The position numbers were made by a program, and so were the translations under genes. A model generated the notes under the pieces. The model had not been told where the DNA came from. It did no database searches and saw nothing but the letters and a program-made list of their open reading frames with translations. From positions 9,734,001 to 9,798,000 of the forward strand of contig CATNEN010000007.1 of assembly GCA_950097015.1 (NCBI GenBank): a DNA stretch of 64,000 nt, given 5' to 3'. Each line of letters begins with the position of its first letter. The stretch's first letter is position 1. Shown here one piece after another: positions 62,901-64,000 of the stretch. The DNA is from Macrostomum hystrix (lineage: Eukaryota; Animalia; Platyhelminthes).

Positions 62901-63264
62901 TGGGGCATCTATGGCAGAATCGCAGTCTCTTACGCAGTCGGCCCAGTCGTCGGAGCTGCTGACGCTGGTCCGGTCCGTCTCAATGAGGTGGTGACGCTCC
63001 GTCGGGCCAGACAGCATGCCGCCGAGGTTGCCATTGACAACGCCGTCCCAGCCCGTGGCGTAGCCGGGCAGCAGTCCATTATCTCCAGCAGCGTCGCCGA
63101 CTTCTTCAGCTACTCTGTCATCGTCTTCTTCATCGGCTGACAGTGTCGACTCCGAGTTGGCCGAGGCTGTAAAATCTTCCTCGTTGTCAAATTCTTCTCT
63201 TTGCCGGCTGTCCGTCACTAACAGGGTTGACAGGTCGGTGCTCTCGGAGGCATAGGCGGGCCGG
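59993..63264 (-). CDS. FAM149: FAM149 family (DUF3719) protein; exons 63264-62934, 62557-62259, 61302-60161, 60063-59993; 5' end uncertain (possible upstream exon with donor at 63712)
   Basis: AQRVNDLFEQIDSLLY..LEECAEWRSAFPHLRLRGSQL (DUF3719 core); GLQIIGRAL..EELLAQEGCVEEAIAID; PVTP..RDA..FDSLW. Phase-consistent GT-AG junctions. Confidence 0.85.
62634..62845. repeat. ~35-bp tandem repeat in FAM149 intron (GGGAGCTGGTCAGCAGGCTGAAGTACCCGATGGCA)
   Basis: Direct reading, ~6 units. Confidence 0.9.
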
Positions 63265-63828
63265 CTGGGGGGGGGTTGCGGGGGTCGATGGAAAAGTTTA
63301 ATGCTCAGGCTTAAAAGTGGATAAGAAAAAAAGCAAGCACAACACGCATCTACGAGTAGTGAGCTGAGATTTATACTCGGACTGGGCATGGATATCATAT
63401 ATGTGACTGGTGTCGCTGCCTGCATGCTCTTTCGAAATTCTAAGCTTTTCGAACGCAAGCCAGGTTTATAATTTAGTCTCGAGCTCGGGATTCGGATTCG
63501 AGCTCGGGGACTATGGTGCGAAACCAGCAGTGGCACAACCTTGGTAACCGGAAGTCCTTCTGAGGGACATTGTTTCAGTCTCGCGCTGCTAAATGCTTAC
63601 TAGGCTGTCTGGGACGCTGACTGACAACTCGCTGGGCTGGGGATTGAGATGTATGCACCCTCAGCACAGGAGATGTGAGAAGCTGAGCTCAGCAATCTCT
63701 CACCCCACTCACAAGTGACTCAGCAGCGCCCAAATACCAATGGAATTTTTTAAACTAAAAACAATATCGGCAGTCTGAGCTGGGAAGGAGGGACAGAGAG
63801 ATGAAATCCCATCGTCATTAGGACGTGT

Positions 63829-63842
63829 GTTGCCATGGAAAC
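63829..63842. promoter_or_regulatory. RFX X-box GTTGCCATGGAAAC
   Basis: Exact match to the X-box consensus GTTNCCATGGNAAC, 5' of the FAM149 coding exons. An X-box half site (TTGGTAAC) next to an ETS motif (CCGGAAGT) lies at 63541-63555. Confidence 0.65.
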
Positions 63843-64000
63843 AGAAAGCCTGGCCTGGGAGTGTCTGAGAAGCCCAGATAGGAAGGTGAGGGTTAAAGAT
63901 GAGGCAGGCATCAGGGCTCGTATTATTTACCTGCAAAATATTTCGTTAGCGCGCATGTTTTTAGTTTGCAGAAATCAACGGAACCGTCAGCTAAAATATC

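Overview
Eukaryotic, intron-rich animal DNA. About a quarter of the window (my rough tally, ~16 kb) is unrelated 4-60 bp tandem arrays, and the exons are GC3-rich. This suggests a free-living flatworm such as Macrostomum (inference, not tested). Most long ORFs in the supplied track are repeat artefacts, so I assembled the real genes by hand across GT-AG introns. From left to right: (1) a tandem cluster of three insulin-like peptide genes with an unusual C-x10/11-CCC-x2-C-x8-C A chain, two intact and one frame-disrupted; (2) a 9-exon Na+/K+-ATPase alpha paralogue that has lost Na+ site III hallmarks (D926N, C-terminal YY replaced by SF) and has GDGVND changed to GDGVSD; (3) a single-exon neuropeptide precursor with 13 copies of GWERGSRL-G; (4) a 14-exon, ~1,490 aa secreted Lys/Cys-rich protein with 3 VWA domains, a TIL domain, a 4-Cys repeat and a (KKE)n tail; (5) numb; (6) a Cys-rich pseudogene; (7) an intronless class A GPCR; (8) a FAM149/DUF3719 gene with a perfect RFX X-box upstream. 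Two tRNA-derived SINE families are scattered through the window. No database searches were possible, so novelty claims are hypotheses.
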